A stretch of 64,000 bases of DNA from IMG/VR virus record IMGVR_UViG_3300035698_013504, positions 32,001 to 96,000 of that record; one strand, written 5' to 3'. Below, piece by piece: positions 8,128 through 17,728 of the stretch (position 1 is its first letter; every line of letters begins with the position of its first letter). Both the position numbers and the translations under genes were made by a program. Origin of the DNA: a virus. Its lineage: Duplodnaviria > Caudoviricetes. Under the pieces are notes generated by a model, which was not told the origin of the DNA, searched no databases, and saw nothing but the letters and a program-made list of their open reading frames with translations.

Positions 8128-11100
8128 ATGCCCAAGATTCTCGGAGAGGACATCTTTTCGTTCGATGATATCCCGGCCGCACGTAAAGATATCTTCGCTC
8201 GTACCCTCTCGGCTTTTCAGGGAAAATACCCCATTGAGAACTCGAGGTACAAACTTCGGCTGCAGAACCTGCGGTACGACAAGCCCAAAGACTTTTCACT
8301 AAGCGATCAGAAGAAGGCGCTACTCCAGCACGGTTCACTCTCTCACAGACTTAAGGGTACGTGGACGCTGGAGGACAAAGCTGGTCAGGTGGTTGACGCG
8401 GCAGAGCGTGTTGTCGCACACGTGCCCTATATGACAAACCGGGGTACGTTTATCAACCAAGGTCGTGAATATACGATTACCAACCAGATGCGTCTTCGCC
8501 CTGGGGTGTACGCTCGTGAGAAAGAGAACGGAGCCCTTGAGGCTCACTTCAACGTCAAACCTGGATCAGGTTCCTCTTTCAGAGTTTACATGGAGCCTGA
8601 GACCGGTATCTTTCGTCTCAACATTCATCAGGCGACTCCGAAACTGTTTCCAGTCCTTCGGGCGATGGGTATTGACCGACGAGAACTCATCAAGTGGTGG
8701 GGAGAAGATATCGTCAGAGTCAACGAAGAAGCCGACGACCCTAGGGCCGTCAAGCGACTCCACGAGATCCTGACCCGCAAGCGCGCGAAGAAGGGCGTCG
8801 GCGACAACGAGGACGTAGCTAAGACTTTGCGCGAAGCTCTTGAAGCCATGGAGCTCGACGAAGAGACAACGACATCTACGCTCGGCGCCGCGTACAAGAA
8901 TGCGTCTGCTCCGGCCATCCTCCGCGCGACACAGAAGCTGCTTAACATCAGACACGGTAAGGAAGAGGCCGATGACCGAGACTCACTTCGATACCAAACC
9001 TTCCACACACCTGCAGACTTCTTTGCAGAGCGGGTTACCCTTGATGCCGGTCAGAAGTCCCGAAGACTTCTCTGGCGTTCAACCCTTCGGAGCGGGGTGC
9101 AGCACATCACGGGCGGGGCGCTTACCCCCCAGATGGAGAGCGTCCTTCTTCATTCAGGGCTAGGCCAGCCACTTGAGGAGATCAACCCCCTCGACATCCA
9201 CGATCAGCGCCACCGAGTTGTACGTTTAGGTGAGGGCGGTATCTCTTCAATCGATAGAATCCCCGAAGAGAGTCGTAATGTGCAACCGTCCTACTTCGGC
9301 CTCATTGACCCCATCCGTACCCCGGAGTCCATCAAGGTTGGTGTCGACAACCGCATTGCTCATCACACCTATTACGGCAAGGACGGTAAGTTCTACAGCC
9401 AGCTGCAGAACCCTAAGACCGGGGAGACAGAGTACGTTGACGCGGCAGAGATGTCGAAGTCTACGATCGCCTTCCCTGAGGAGATGGGGAAGAAGGGCAG
9501 CAAGGTCCGCGCCATGGTCGGCGGTTCCAGTGTTGAGTTCGTGGACAAGAAGGCTGTCGACTACATTCTTCCCACAAGCACACAGATGTTCAACTTCCAC
9601 TCCAACCTTGTCCCGTTTATCAGCGGTATCAAGGGTGGCCGCCTTCTCATGGGTTCCAAGTTCTTCAACCAAGCTCTTGCCCTTCGTGAGGGCGAGGCTC
9701 CGCTCGTTCAGGCCCTTGATCCTCACGAGACCGGTATCCGAGGCAAGGATACTAGCTTTGAGGATCTGGCGGGTACCAGCTTAGGCGCTGTGCATGCTAA
9801 GGATTCGGGGCAGGTCTTACGAGTTACGAAGGACGCTGTCTCAGTCAAACATGCAGACGGAAAGGTGAAGACGTATGACCTGTACAATAACTTCCCCTTC
9901 AACCGCAAAACCTTTATCCATAACACAGCGGTTGTGCAGCCGGGCGACGTCGTCAAACCAGGGCAGATACTTGCGCGGAGCAACTACACCGATAAGGGTG
10001 GCTCGCTCTCTATGGGGGTCAACCTCCGAACCGCTTATATGCCTTACAAAGGACTGAACTTCGAGGATGCGATTGTCATCTCCGAGGGCGCCGCGAAGAG
10101 GATGGCCAGTGAGCATATGTACAGCCGGGACATTGACGAGTCTGAGGGTGCAAAGGTAAGCCGTCGCAACTTCATCTCAATGTTCCCTACGAAGTACGAG
10201 AAGCCCCAGCTCGACACGATTGATGAAAACGGCGTGATCAAGCCCGGCACGACCGTGAAGAAGGGCGACCCGTTGATTCTCGGCGTAATGAAGCGCCCGG
10301 CTTCTAAGCTGTACCGCGGCGGTCGAGTCTCTATGTTCAAGGACATCTCAGTCGTATGGGACCACGAGGCTGACGGTGTAATCACCGACGTCGAGAAGAA
10401 AAAGGGCGGTTGGAACGTCATCGTCAAGTCTTACGAGCAGATGCAGGAGGGTGACAAGCTCTCTGGCCGCTACGGTGACAAGGGCGTGGTAGCCCGTATC
10501 GTCCCTGACGCACAGATGCCACACGGTAAGGACGGCGTCCCCTACGAGGTCTTACTTAACCCCCTCGGTATCGTCAGTCGTACTAACCCGAGCCAGATCT
10601 ACGAAGCGCTCCTCGGTAAGATTGCCCGCAAGCGCGGCGTACCCTATAAGGTGCCTGCGTTCATGGATAAGTCTCTTATCGACTACACTCGTAGAGAGAT
10701 GGCGCGACACAATGTCACCGACACCGAAGATCTCATTGATCCCATGACCGGTAAGAAGATTCCCGACGTATTGACTGGTGAGCGTTTCATCCTCAAGCTC
10801 CAGCACACAGCCGAAAGTAAGGGTAGTGGACGTTCACAGGCATCGTACACAACGGAAGGTCTTCCTGCGGGCGGTGGCGACGAAGGTGCGAAGAAGATTG
10901 GCCAGATGGCTTTGACCGCGCTTCTCTCTCACGGAGCCAGCGAGGTGATCCGTGATGCCGCCGTTGTACGCGGTCAGCGTAACGACGACTACTGGCGAGC
11001 TTTCCGCCTTGGGTACTCACCGCCCACACCCAAGGAGACCCTCGTCTACAAGAAGTTCCTTGACAGCCTCAAGGCAGCCGGTATTAACGTGTCGAAGAAG

Positions 11101-12507
11101 GGCAACGATGTTCACGTCTTTGCGCTCACCAACAATGACGTGAAGACTATGTCACACGGAGAGATCAAGTCCTCCGACACACTGGACCCGAAGAGTGGTC
11201 GCCCCATCCCGGGCGGCTTGTTTGACATGAAGACGACAGGTGGTGTTGGCGGCAACAACTGGGCGCACATCAAGCTGCCCGAGCCTATTTTGAATCCTGT
11301 CATGGAGAAGCCCGCGCAGGTTCTCCTCGGCATCACCGGCCCTAAGTTCATGAGTGTTGTGTCCGGTAAGACACCGCTGCACGGTAAGTATGGTGGGCAT
11401 GCGCTGGTAGAGGCCTTAAAGCGTATCAACGTCGACCAGGAGATCGAGCGCACACGACAGGAGGTGCGTACAGCCACGCAGACTAAGCGCGACCGGGCAG
11501 TCAAGAAGCTTGGCTACCTGAATGCGATGAAGAAGCATGGCGTGAGCCCGCAGGACTTCATGTTGAGCTCGGTCCCGGTACTTCCCCCGTCTTTCCGTCC
11601 GATCGTGATGCAGGACAAGATGAAGCTGGTTGCGCACCCCAACCTTCTGTATAAGGATCTGTTGGACGCGAAGCAGGACTTCACCGAGCTCTACCCCGAT
11701 GTAGGTGACGAGGGCGTTGGTGATGAGCGTCTACGCATCTACAACTCATTCAAGGCTGTTGCCGGGCTTGGCTCACCTGTATCCAGGAAGCTACAGGAGA
11801 AAAGTGTCCAAGGTCTCCTCGGTCACATCTTTGGCGGAAGCCCTAAGATGGGCGCCTTCCAGCGTAGAGTCCTCGGCATTCCTACTGACGTAGTAGGTCG
11901 AGCCGCGATTACACCGAACCCCTCGCTGAACATGGACCAGGTTGGTCTACCCGAGGAGAAGGCGTGGACGATCTACCGCCCCTTCATCATTCGTAAGCTG
12001 GTACGTAGAGGTATGCCCGCGGTCGCAGCAGCCAAGCTTGTTGCGAGCAAAGGTAAAGCCGCACACGCCGCGATGTTGGAAGTTGCGAGTGAGCGCCCCG
12101 TATTGATCAACCGCGCCCCCACGCTCCATAAGTTCGGTTTGATGGCCGCATGGCCTGTTATCGTTAAGGGTCACACGTTGCAGATTCCGCCGGTTATCGT
12201 CAGCGGGTTTAACGCCGACTTCGACGGCGATGCGATGAATTACCACGTCCCGGTAACGGATGAGGCGGTCAGGGAAGCAAAGGAGAAAATGCTCCCCAGT
12301 AGCAACCTTCTTTCGGTGTCAGACTTCAAAACTCACTACCACCCTAAGAATGAGTTCTTGCTTGGACTCTACCTTGCGAGTAAGATGAAGAAGAAGAAAC
12401 AACAGGCCAAGACGTTCAATACGAAGGAAGACGCGCTTAAGGCGTATGCGCGTGGCGAACTTACCGTAGATGACCCGGTCATCATTATGCAGGATGAAAA
12501 GTTATGA
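8128..12507 (+). CDS. DNA-directed RNA polymerase, beta subunit fused to the N-terminal half of beta' (contains the catalytic NADFDGD)
   Basis: beta motifs VPYMTNRGTF, TPESIKVG, GLNFEDAIVIS, GDKLSGRYGDKG, LNPLGIVSR; beta' motifs PVLPPSFRP, NRAPTLH, FNADFDGD; junction near 11090-11110. Confidence 0.95.
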   Translation: MPKILGEDIFSFDDIPAARKDIFARTLSAFQGKYPIENSRYKLRLQNLRYDKPKDFSLSDQKKALLQHGSLSHRLKGTWTLEDKAGQVVDAAERVVAHVPYMTNRGTFINQGREYTITNQMRLRPGVYAREKENGALEAHFNVKPGSGSSFRVYMEPETGIFRLNIHQATPKLFPVLRAMGIDRRELIKWWGEDIVRVNEEADDPRAVKRLHEILTRKRAKKGVGDNEDVAKTLREALEAMELDEETTTSTLGAAYKNASAPAILRATQKLLNIRHGKEEADDRDSLRYQTFHTPADFFAERVTLDAGQKSRRLLWRSTLRSGVQHITGGALTPQMESVLLHSGLGQPLEEINPLDIHDQRHRVVRLGEGGISSIDRIPEESRNVQPSYFGLIDPIRTPESIKVGVDNRIAHHTYYGKDGKFYSQLQNPKTGETEYVDAAEMSKSTIAFPEEMGKKGSKVRAMVGGSSVEFVDKKAVDYILPTSTQMFNFHSNLVPFISGIKGGRLLMGSKFFNQALALREGEAPLVQALDPHETGIRGKDTSFEDLAGTSLGAVHAKDSGQVLRVTKDAVSVKHADGKVKTYDLYNNFPFNRKTFIHNTAVVQPGDVVKPGQILARSNYTDKGGSLSMGVNLRTAYMPYKGLNFEDAIVISEGAAKRMASEHMYSRDIDESEGAKVSRRNFISMFPTKYEKPQLDTIDENGVIKPGTTVKKGDPLILGVMKRPASKLYRGGRVSMFKDISVVWDHEADGVITDVEKKKGGWNVIVKSYEQMQEGDKLSGRYGDKGVVARIVPDAQMPHGKDGVPYEVLLNPLGIVSRTNPSQIYEALLGKIARKRGVPYKVPAFMDKSLIDYTRREMARHNVTDTEDLIDPMTGKKIPDVLTGERFILKLQHTAESKGSGRSQASYTTEGLPAGGGDEGAKKIGQMALTALLSHGASEVIRDAAVVRGQRNDDYWRAFRLGYSPPTPKETLVYKKFLDSLKAAGINVSKKGNDVHVFALTNNDVKTMSHGEIKSSDTLDPKSGRPIPGGLFDMKTTGGVGGNNWAHIKLPEPILNPVMEKPAQVLLGITGPKFMSVVSGKTPLHGKYGGHALVEALKRINVDQEIERTRQEVRTATQTKRDRAVKKLGYLNAMKKHGVSPQDFMLSSVPVLPPSFRPIVMQDKMKLVAHPNLLYKDLLDAKQDFTELYPDVGDEGVGDERLRIYNSFKAVAGLGSPVSRKLQEKSVQGLLGHIFGGSPKMGAFQRRVLGIPTDVVGRAAITPNPSLNMDQVGLPEEKAWTIYRPFIIRKLVRRGMPAVAAAKLVASKGKAAHAAMLEVASERPVLINRAPTLHKFGLMAAWPVIVKGHTLQIPPVIVSGFNADFDGDAMNYHVPVTDEAVREAKEKMLPSSNLLSVSDFKTHYHPKNEFLLGLYLASKMKKKKQQAKTFNTKEDALKAYARGELTVDDPVIIMQDEKL

Positions 12508-12767
12508 TGTTACTCGACGACATGTTTCTTCCAGAGCCGATGATTAAGGCCTCGCGCGCGTTCGATCAACTGCGCGTAGACCTGGCGTTCTCTTCCGCTA
12601 TTGAGAAGATATCCCGTAAGAAGTCGACGATCAGTGAAGCCGCCGAGAGGGTCGGTACAAAGGATAAGCCCGGCTTTAAGCTTTTGATGGATATGCGGAA
12701 AGACGACGAGAAACGTAAGAAGAAAAAGAAGAAGAAAAACAGACGCTCTCGACGTTCCAGGAGATAG
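12504..12767 (+). CDS. Small protein with strongly basic Lys/Arg C-terminal tail
   Basis: ATGA overlap with the RNAP stop; ends KRKKKKKKKNRRSRRSRR. Confidence 0.6.
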   Translation: MMLLDDMFLPEPMIKASRAFDQLRVDLAFSSAIEKISRKKSTISEAAERVGTKDKPGFKLLMDMRKDDEKRKKKKKKKNRRSRRSRR

Positions 12768-12769
12768 AT

Positions 12770-12979
12770 GTGCCCATCCCAAGCAACAGTCTGCTAACCT
12801 TCAAAATACGGAAGCCATTGACTCCAGAACGACTTCCTAAGAAAATAGGTATTGAAGATCAACGTGTATGGCAGCAGTTGTACGACGGCCTTGCTGCCTC
12901 AAAGCAACGTGTAGTATCGGCGCACACAACTGCTCGCCAGAAGGTCAAAGATCTTTTCAAACGTGCGAGTGCAATCTGA
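12770..12979 (+). CDS. Small hypothetical protein
   Basis: GTG-start ORF filling the gap; GGAG upstream; weak support. Confidence 0.4.
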   Translation: MPIPSNSLLTFKIRKPLTPERLPKKIGIEDQRVWQQLYDGLAASKQRVVSAHTTARQKVKDLFKRASAI

Positions 12980-12998
12980 GCACAAGGAGGTTACACGT

Positions 12999-13673
12999 AT
13001 GTCGGGTATGAACGATAAGCTGTTAGATCAGCTGGAAGAGCGGTTTGAGAAGCAGAGCTTTGTCCCCATGGGCGCAGAAGGCGCCGCCGCTCCCCCGCCT
13101 ATGGATCCCGCTGGAGGCGCCGCGATGGCGTTGCCGCCCGGTATGCCTCCGATGGACCCGCAGATGATGGGCGGCGCGCCTCCCGGCATGCCTCCGATGC
13201 CCGGCGGTGACCCTGCCGCGATGGGTATGGACCCCGCCGCAATGGGCGGAGCCCCGGCTGAAGGCGGTGAGCAGGTTTCCGTTAGCATGGACGACCTTCG
13301 TCGCATGGTTCAAGAGATGGGTGGAGCAACCGCTGGTAGCGATCCTGCGGCCCCGGCCCCCGCTGGCGCCGACGTAAAGGGGCGTAAGGTTCAGCCCGAA
13401 GAACTCTCAAATAAGCTGGATGCGCTTAGCACTCGCTTCGACCAGTTGATTGGTGCGCTTACAGGTGGTGAGATGGGCGTACAACCCGCGCCGCCCCCCG
13501 ACGCTCTTGCTGGCGCTGACGGCAGTATGGCTGCACCTCCGGAAGAAACTGCGCCCGCACCCCCGCTGGACGAGATGATGGGCGCCCCGAAGGCCGCCAA
13601 CTTGAATGACGCCGTCAGTCGGTCTGTCGCCGGAATCGCCGCTCGTTTGCGCGCAAAGCTGCAACAGGAGTAG
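12999..13673 (+). CDS. Pro/Met/Gly-rich low-complexity protein
   Basis: AAGGAGG RBS before ATG 12999; EKQS motif then PPMDP/GGAPPGM repeats and a predicted short coiled coil. Confidence 0.75.
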   Translation: MSGMNDKLLDQLEERFEKQSFVPMGAEGAAAPPPMDPAGGAAMALPPGMPPMDPQMMGGAPPGMPPMPGGDPAAMGMDPAAMGGAPAEGGEQVSVSMDDLRRMVQEMGGATAGSDPAAPAPAGADVKGRKVQPEELSNKLDALSTRFDQLIGALTGGEMGVQPAPPPDALAGADGSMAAPPEETAPAPPLDEMMGAPKAANLNDAVSRSVAGIAARLRAKLQQE

Positions 13674-13675
13674 GC

Positions 13676-13924
13676 ATGAGGGTACGTGTACAGTCTGGAA
13701 GCATTTTAACATCAGCCCCGGTAGAATTACCGGATGTTGGCTCAGCTGTTGTCTATGACGATTACGGTCAGCCAATCGTTGTTGTTCAGAAGCAAGAAGA
13801 TGGGCAGATATTAATGGTGCGTGCTGGTGAGCCTAAGTTTCACGAGCTGCTCCGTATCCTAGGTATTGGGTTGAACGCTACGGTAACGGTTGGTTCCGTC
13901 CGTGACGGGAGGATTGAATCATGA
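13676..13924 (+). CDS. Small hypothetical protein
   Basis: Tightly packed ORF, ATGA overlap with the next gene. Confidence 0.65.
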   Translation: MRVRVQSGSILTSAPVELPDVGSAVVYDDYGQPIVVVQKQEDGQILMVRAGEPKFHELLRILGIGLNATVTVGSVRDGRIES

Positions 13925-15252
13925 CACGCGCACTTGTTGAGCGTCAAATCTACGCCTTTCTCGACGGTATCGACGAGTTTGGAAAACAAGCCTCGATGTC
14001 TGTTGGGCAGACCGAGAACCTGAAAGACGCCGCGCTGCTTCGTATATGGGATGAGATTGGGCGCCCCCCGATTGAGAAGGTTGCAGAGAATCCGCTCGGT
14101 GGCACCATGGATCCTGAAAACCTGGTCAAGCCGGTCCCGATGCCAGAGCCGGACCCCAAGGCACTCGGCGCCTCGCCGGGCCCCGCGGTCAAAATGCCTG
14201 AGCCAGATCCTAAGGCACTCGGCGCCTCGCCGGGACCCGCGGTCAAAATGCCTTCACCGTTTGGCCCTACCCAGTCTGGCGGCAACCTTTCCCCAGGAAA
14301 CAAAGTAGCGCCAGGTAAAACACCTGCGGCAAAACAGACCGCGGTAACCGACCCCAAGAAAACACAGAAGACCCCTGTAAATCGCGCGGGTCTTGTGCAA
14401 CAGTTTATCAACTATGCGATTAAGAACCCCGGACAGCTGGCCATGATTCTTTCGATGTTTACGGCTGGCGGTATCGGCGGAGGTATGATGGGCGGTTGGA
14501 AGGGCGGAATCGCGGGCGCTCTTGCTGGTGGTCTTACGGGTTATGGCCTTAGCACCATCCCCGAACTGCGGCAGTACGCCAAGGGTAAGACACAAAAATT
14601 GTTTGGAATCCGCTCCGGGGATGAGATTGCCAGCGGAGTGGCCAGACATCAGACGTTCAACCCGGTGCATGACGATTCAGACCTGGGAACACTGGGGCCG
14701 GATATCAGGGAATGGATTGAAAACAAGTTTCCTGAAGGTGAAATTATGCGTCATAAGGGCGCGCTCGCGGAGTCTATGGCGGAGTTTGAAGCGGCGAACC
14801 CGGGGCAAATCCCCTTCAAGGACGTAAACATCGAGATGTACAACAGCCTGCGTGAGCAGGTTGGCATGAAAACGCCGTGGACTCCAGCCCAGGGCCTTTC
14901 AGAGTATCTCGCGAACCCGCCACTGCCTGGTGCTGAGGCCACTGCCCAAGCCCCGGCGGCTCCGTTTGTGGTTACGGAAGAGCTAAATACGCAGCTGAAG
15001 AGCATTATAGACAAGATGAATAAGCCCAGGTTGGGGATGGTTCCGCCTGACGCGCTGGTTGGAATTATGATGCCCGGCGAACTTAAAGCACTTCACCCGC
15101 ACGAGCTGGCTACGCTTAAGCAAGCAGCCGCTGCCTTCAGGGCGCATACGGCCCAGCATCCTGAAAACGTACCAATGCCAGGTGTTAAGCCCGAGTTGTG
15201 GCCCGGCGCTGTTCGGCTCTTCAAAATAGGCATTGAGCAAGGTCTCTTTTAG
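13921..15252 (+). CDS. Hypothetical protein with internal repeat and glycine zipper
   Basis: GKQAS and EKVAE motifs; duplicated MPEPDPKALGASPGPAVK; GGIGGGMMGGWKGGIAGALAGGLTG. Confidence 0.75.
   Translation: MTRALVERQIYAFLDGIDEFGKQASMSVGQTENLKDAALLRIWDEIGRPPIEKVAENPLGGTMDPENLVKPVPMPEPDPKALGASPGPAVKMPEPDPKALGASPGPAVKMPSPFGPTQSGGNLSPGNKVAPGKTPAAKQTAVTDPKKTQKTPVNRAGLVQQFINYAIKNPGQLAMILSMFTAGGIGGGMMGGWKGGIAGALAGGLTGYGLSTIPELRQYAKGKTQKLFGIRSGDEIASGVARHQTFNPVHDDSDLGTLGPDIREWIENKFPEGEIMRHKGALAESMAEFEAANPGQIPFKDVNIEMYNSLREQVGMKTPWTPAQGLSEYLANPPLPGAEATAQAPAAPFVVTEELNTQLKSIIDKMNKPRLGMVPPDALVGIMMPGELKALHPHELATLKQAAAAFRAHTAQHPENVPMPGVKPELWPGAVRLFKIGIEQGLF
14140..14247 (+). repeat. Two in-frame 54-nt tandem repeats
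   Basis: MPEPDPKALGASPGPAVK encoded at 14140-14193 and 14194-14247 with synonymous differences. Confidence 0.9.
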
Positions 15253-15268
15253 TAGCGCGTTACAGAAC
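15250..15268. promoter_or_regulatory. Recurring intergenic motif, copy 2
   Basis: TAGTAGCGCGTTACAGAAC from the upstream stop codon to just before the ATG of the beta' C-terminal gene. Confidence 0.45.
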
Positions 15269-15269
15269 T

Positions 15270-17120
15270 ATGATCAGAACGACACTTGGACAAGTACTTG
15301 TGAACGAGGCGCTCCCGGAAGACCTCCGGGACTATGACCGTGTGTTCACAAAGAAATCAGTGCCCGACCTGTTCATGTCTCTAGCGCAGAATCACCCGGA
15401 GAAGTATCGCGATGTCATTCAGAAACTGATGATGATTGGCCAGGAGGTGTCGACCGGCTACGGCCGTAACGCCAGCCTCTCACTCAAGGATGTAGCCCCA
15501 CCTGAGGAGCGTAAAGACATCCTGGAGAAGCTAGAAGGTGAGATCGCCGCCCTTAACGAGAACCCGACGCTACCTACAGCATCGAGGAACAAGAGTATTA
15601 TCCTCAAGGTGTTGAAAGCCCAACAGCTATTGAAGACCATTAACATGGAAACAGGAGAGCGCGACGGTAACACCTTTGCTCTTCAAATCCTTTCCGGCGC
15701 CCGCGGTAACCCCAACCAGTTCGCATCTCTACGAGTTGGTGATGGACTCGTTACCGATCACCGCGATGACCCTATCCCCATCCCTATCCTTCATAGTTAC
15801 GCTGAGGGCCTGGACCCTGTCGAGTACTGGGCTGGTTCCTACGGTGCGCGTAAGGGTACGATGGCTGGTAACCTCGGTACACCTAAGTCTGGTTTCTTCG
15901 GCAAACAGATCGCGTTGTCAGCCCACCGCATGATTGTCACTGAGAAGGACTGCGGCACAGAGAATGGTATCCCTGTTGACGCAGACGACTCCGACAACGA
16001 AGGCGCCCTGCTCGCCAGAGGATACGGCAAGTACAACGCAAATACGATCATCACACCTCGCATGACTCAGGAGCTTGAGAAGGAGAAGTCGATCCTCGTA
16101 CGATCTCCTATCACCTGCGATGCGGCTAACGGTGTGTGTCAAAAGTGTGTTGGGGTACGTGAACGCGGCACGCTTCCCCCTCTTGGTGATAACGTAGGGG
16201 TGACAGCCGCGACCGCGATCTCTGAACCTATGACGCAGGCGCCCCTCTCCGCCAAGCATACAGGCGGTGTCGCAGAAGAGAAGGACAAGAAGGTGCAGGG
16301 GTTCGACGCAATCAACAGGCTCGTCCAGATCCCTAAGACCTTCCCGGAAGCCGCGACAGTCTCACGAGTTGACGGCGTCGTTACGAATATCATTGAAGCG
16401 CCCCAGGGTGGCCACTTCGTCGAGGTAGGCGGAGAACGCCACTACGTACCCGAAGAGCGCGAGATCACCATTAAAGAGGGCGAGACCCTCGAGGCGGGTG
16501 ACGCGCTGTGTGATGGTATCCACAACCCGGCGGACGTGGCGCAGTACAAAGGTATTGGACAGGCGCGTAAGACATTCGTTGAGCAGTTCCGCCAAGTCGC
16601 AGACAATACGAACATTCGCGTCAACCGCCGGAACCTTGAGCTTCTGTCGCGCGGTATTGTAAACCACGTGCGAGTCAACGAGCTTGACGGTGTCGATGAT
16701 GCGCTGCCGGGGGATGTCCGAGAATTTGACTCCGTGACGAGAGGGTATCAGCCTCGTTACGGCTTCAAGACGTTGACTCCCCAGCGTGCGGTTGGTAGTT
16801 ACCTCGAGAAGCCAATCAACCAGTACTCGATTGGCACAAAGGTTACGCCCCGCATGGTAAAAGAGATGCAGGGCATGGGCATCAAGAAACTTACATCACA
16901 CGTTGACCCGCCTCCCTTTAACCCAGAGATGCGGCGTATCATGGAGACGCTCTCCTACGCCGACGATTGGATGGTAAGGTTAGGCGGTTGGTACTTAAAG
17001 AAGGGGTTGGGCGAAGCCGCGCATTTCGGCTCAACATCTAAGCAGCACGGATCTTCATATATCCCCGCTCTCGCGCAGGGAACCCAGTTCGGGCGGGTGC
17101 CCGAAGGAAAAGGATACTAA
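15270..17120 (+). CDS. DNA-directed RNA polymerase beta' C-terminal subunit
   Basis: TTLGQ start motif, SGARG, bridge helix GARKG...TEKDCGT, Zn site RSPITC...CQKC, trigger loop ISEPMTQ...KHTGG. Confidence 0.92.
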   Translation: MIRTTLGQVLVNEALPEDLRDYDRVFTKKSVPDLFMSLAQNHPEKYRDVIQKLMMIGQEVSTGYGRNASLSLKDVAPPEERKDILEKLEGEIAALNENPTLPTASRNKSIILKVLKAQQLLKTINMETGERDGNTFALQILSGARGNPNQFASLRVGDGLVTDHRDDPIPIPILHSYAEGLDPVEYWAGSYGARKGTMAGNLGTPKSGFFGKQIALSAHRMIVTEKDCGTENGIPVDADDSDNEGALLARGYGKYNANTIITPRMTQELEKEKSILVRSPITCDAANGVCQKCVGVRERGTLPPLGDNVGVTAATAISEPMTQAPLSAKHTGGVAEEKDKKVQGFDAINRLVQIPKTFPEAATVSRVDGVVTNIIEAPQGGHFVEVGGERHYVPEEREITIKEGETLEAGDALCDGIHNPADVAQYKGIGQARKTFVEQFRQVADNTNIRVNRRNLELLSRGIVNHVRVNELDGVDDALPGDVREFDSVTRGYQPRYGFKTLTPQRAVGSYLEKPINQYSIGTKVTPRMVKEMQGMGIKKLTSHVDPPPFNPEMRRIMETLSYADDWMVRLGGWYLKKGLGEAAHFGSTSKQHGSSYIPALAQGTQFGRVPEGKGY

Positions 17121-17121
17121 G

Positions 17122-17592
17122 ATGGATATGGAAAAGCAGAGTGCCGCGTTTCAGGCTGGTTTCATCCTCGGCTCCGAAAGTATGGACAAGACGGCGTTTG
17201 GCCCCGAAGATCTTGGTATTACCCCTGAGAATCAGGCGCCCATCTATGGTGGGCTTGGTGGAGCCGCGATTGGTGGGATGTTGCCCCTCCTCATGGGCGG
17301 TAAGAAGAAACGCTCACCGTGGGCGAGCATTCTTGCAGCTCTTGGTGGCGGAGCCCTAGGCGCCGGTGGCGGTATGCTGTACAACCATTACAACCAGAAG
17401 CCCGCGCCCGTAGAGCAGGCTCACGCCAGTACAGACGATGCAAGTCTGAGCGGCGACGCTATGGGCGGACCTGCAGGAGCAGAAGGCCCACAGGACAAGG
17501 CCACCCCGTACGTTGGCGCTGAAACAAACCTTCCGGGAGGAAAACCGGACAAGGACACTGCGGCTAAGCCGGATAAGGAAGATGCCGCGTAG
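17122..17592 (+). CDS. Hypothetical glycine-zipper protein
   Basis: EKQSAAFQAGF and DKTAF motifs; GGLGGAAIGGMLPLL and LGGGALGAGGG segments. Confidence 0.7.
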   Translation: MDMEKQSAAFQAGFILGSESMDKTAFGPEDLGITPENQAPIYGGLGGAAIGGMLPLLMGGKKKRSPWASILAALGGGALGAGGGMLYNHYNQKPAPVEQAHASTDDASLSGDAMGGPAGAEGPQDKATPYVGAETNLPGGKPDKDTAAKPDKEDAA

Positions 17593-17669
17593 TAACTATC
17601 AAGCCCATTTCGCCGTAGAGTACAACCTATATAGGCCGCCTAAATGTTTGGTAGCAAGCTAGTTGCTTG

Positions 17670-17698
17670 TTGAGCACGAAACAAATCCGTGCTAAACT
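17670..17698 (+). promoter_or_regulatory. sigma70-like promoter candidate
   Basis: TTGAGC-N17-TAAACT in a 136-nt intergenic gap; same -10 hexamer as the promoter at 88-116. Confidence 0.5.
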
Positions 17699-17728
17699 GA
17701 AACAGTAATGGCGGTGTAACGGAGGATC

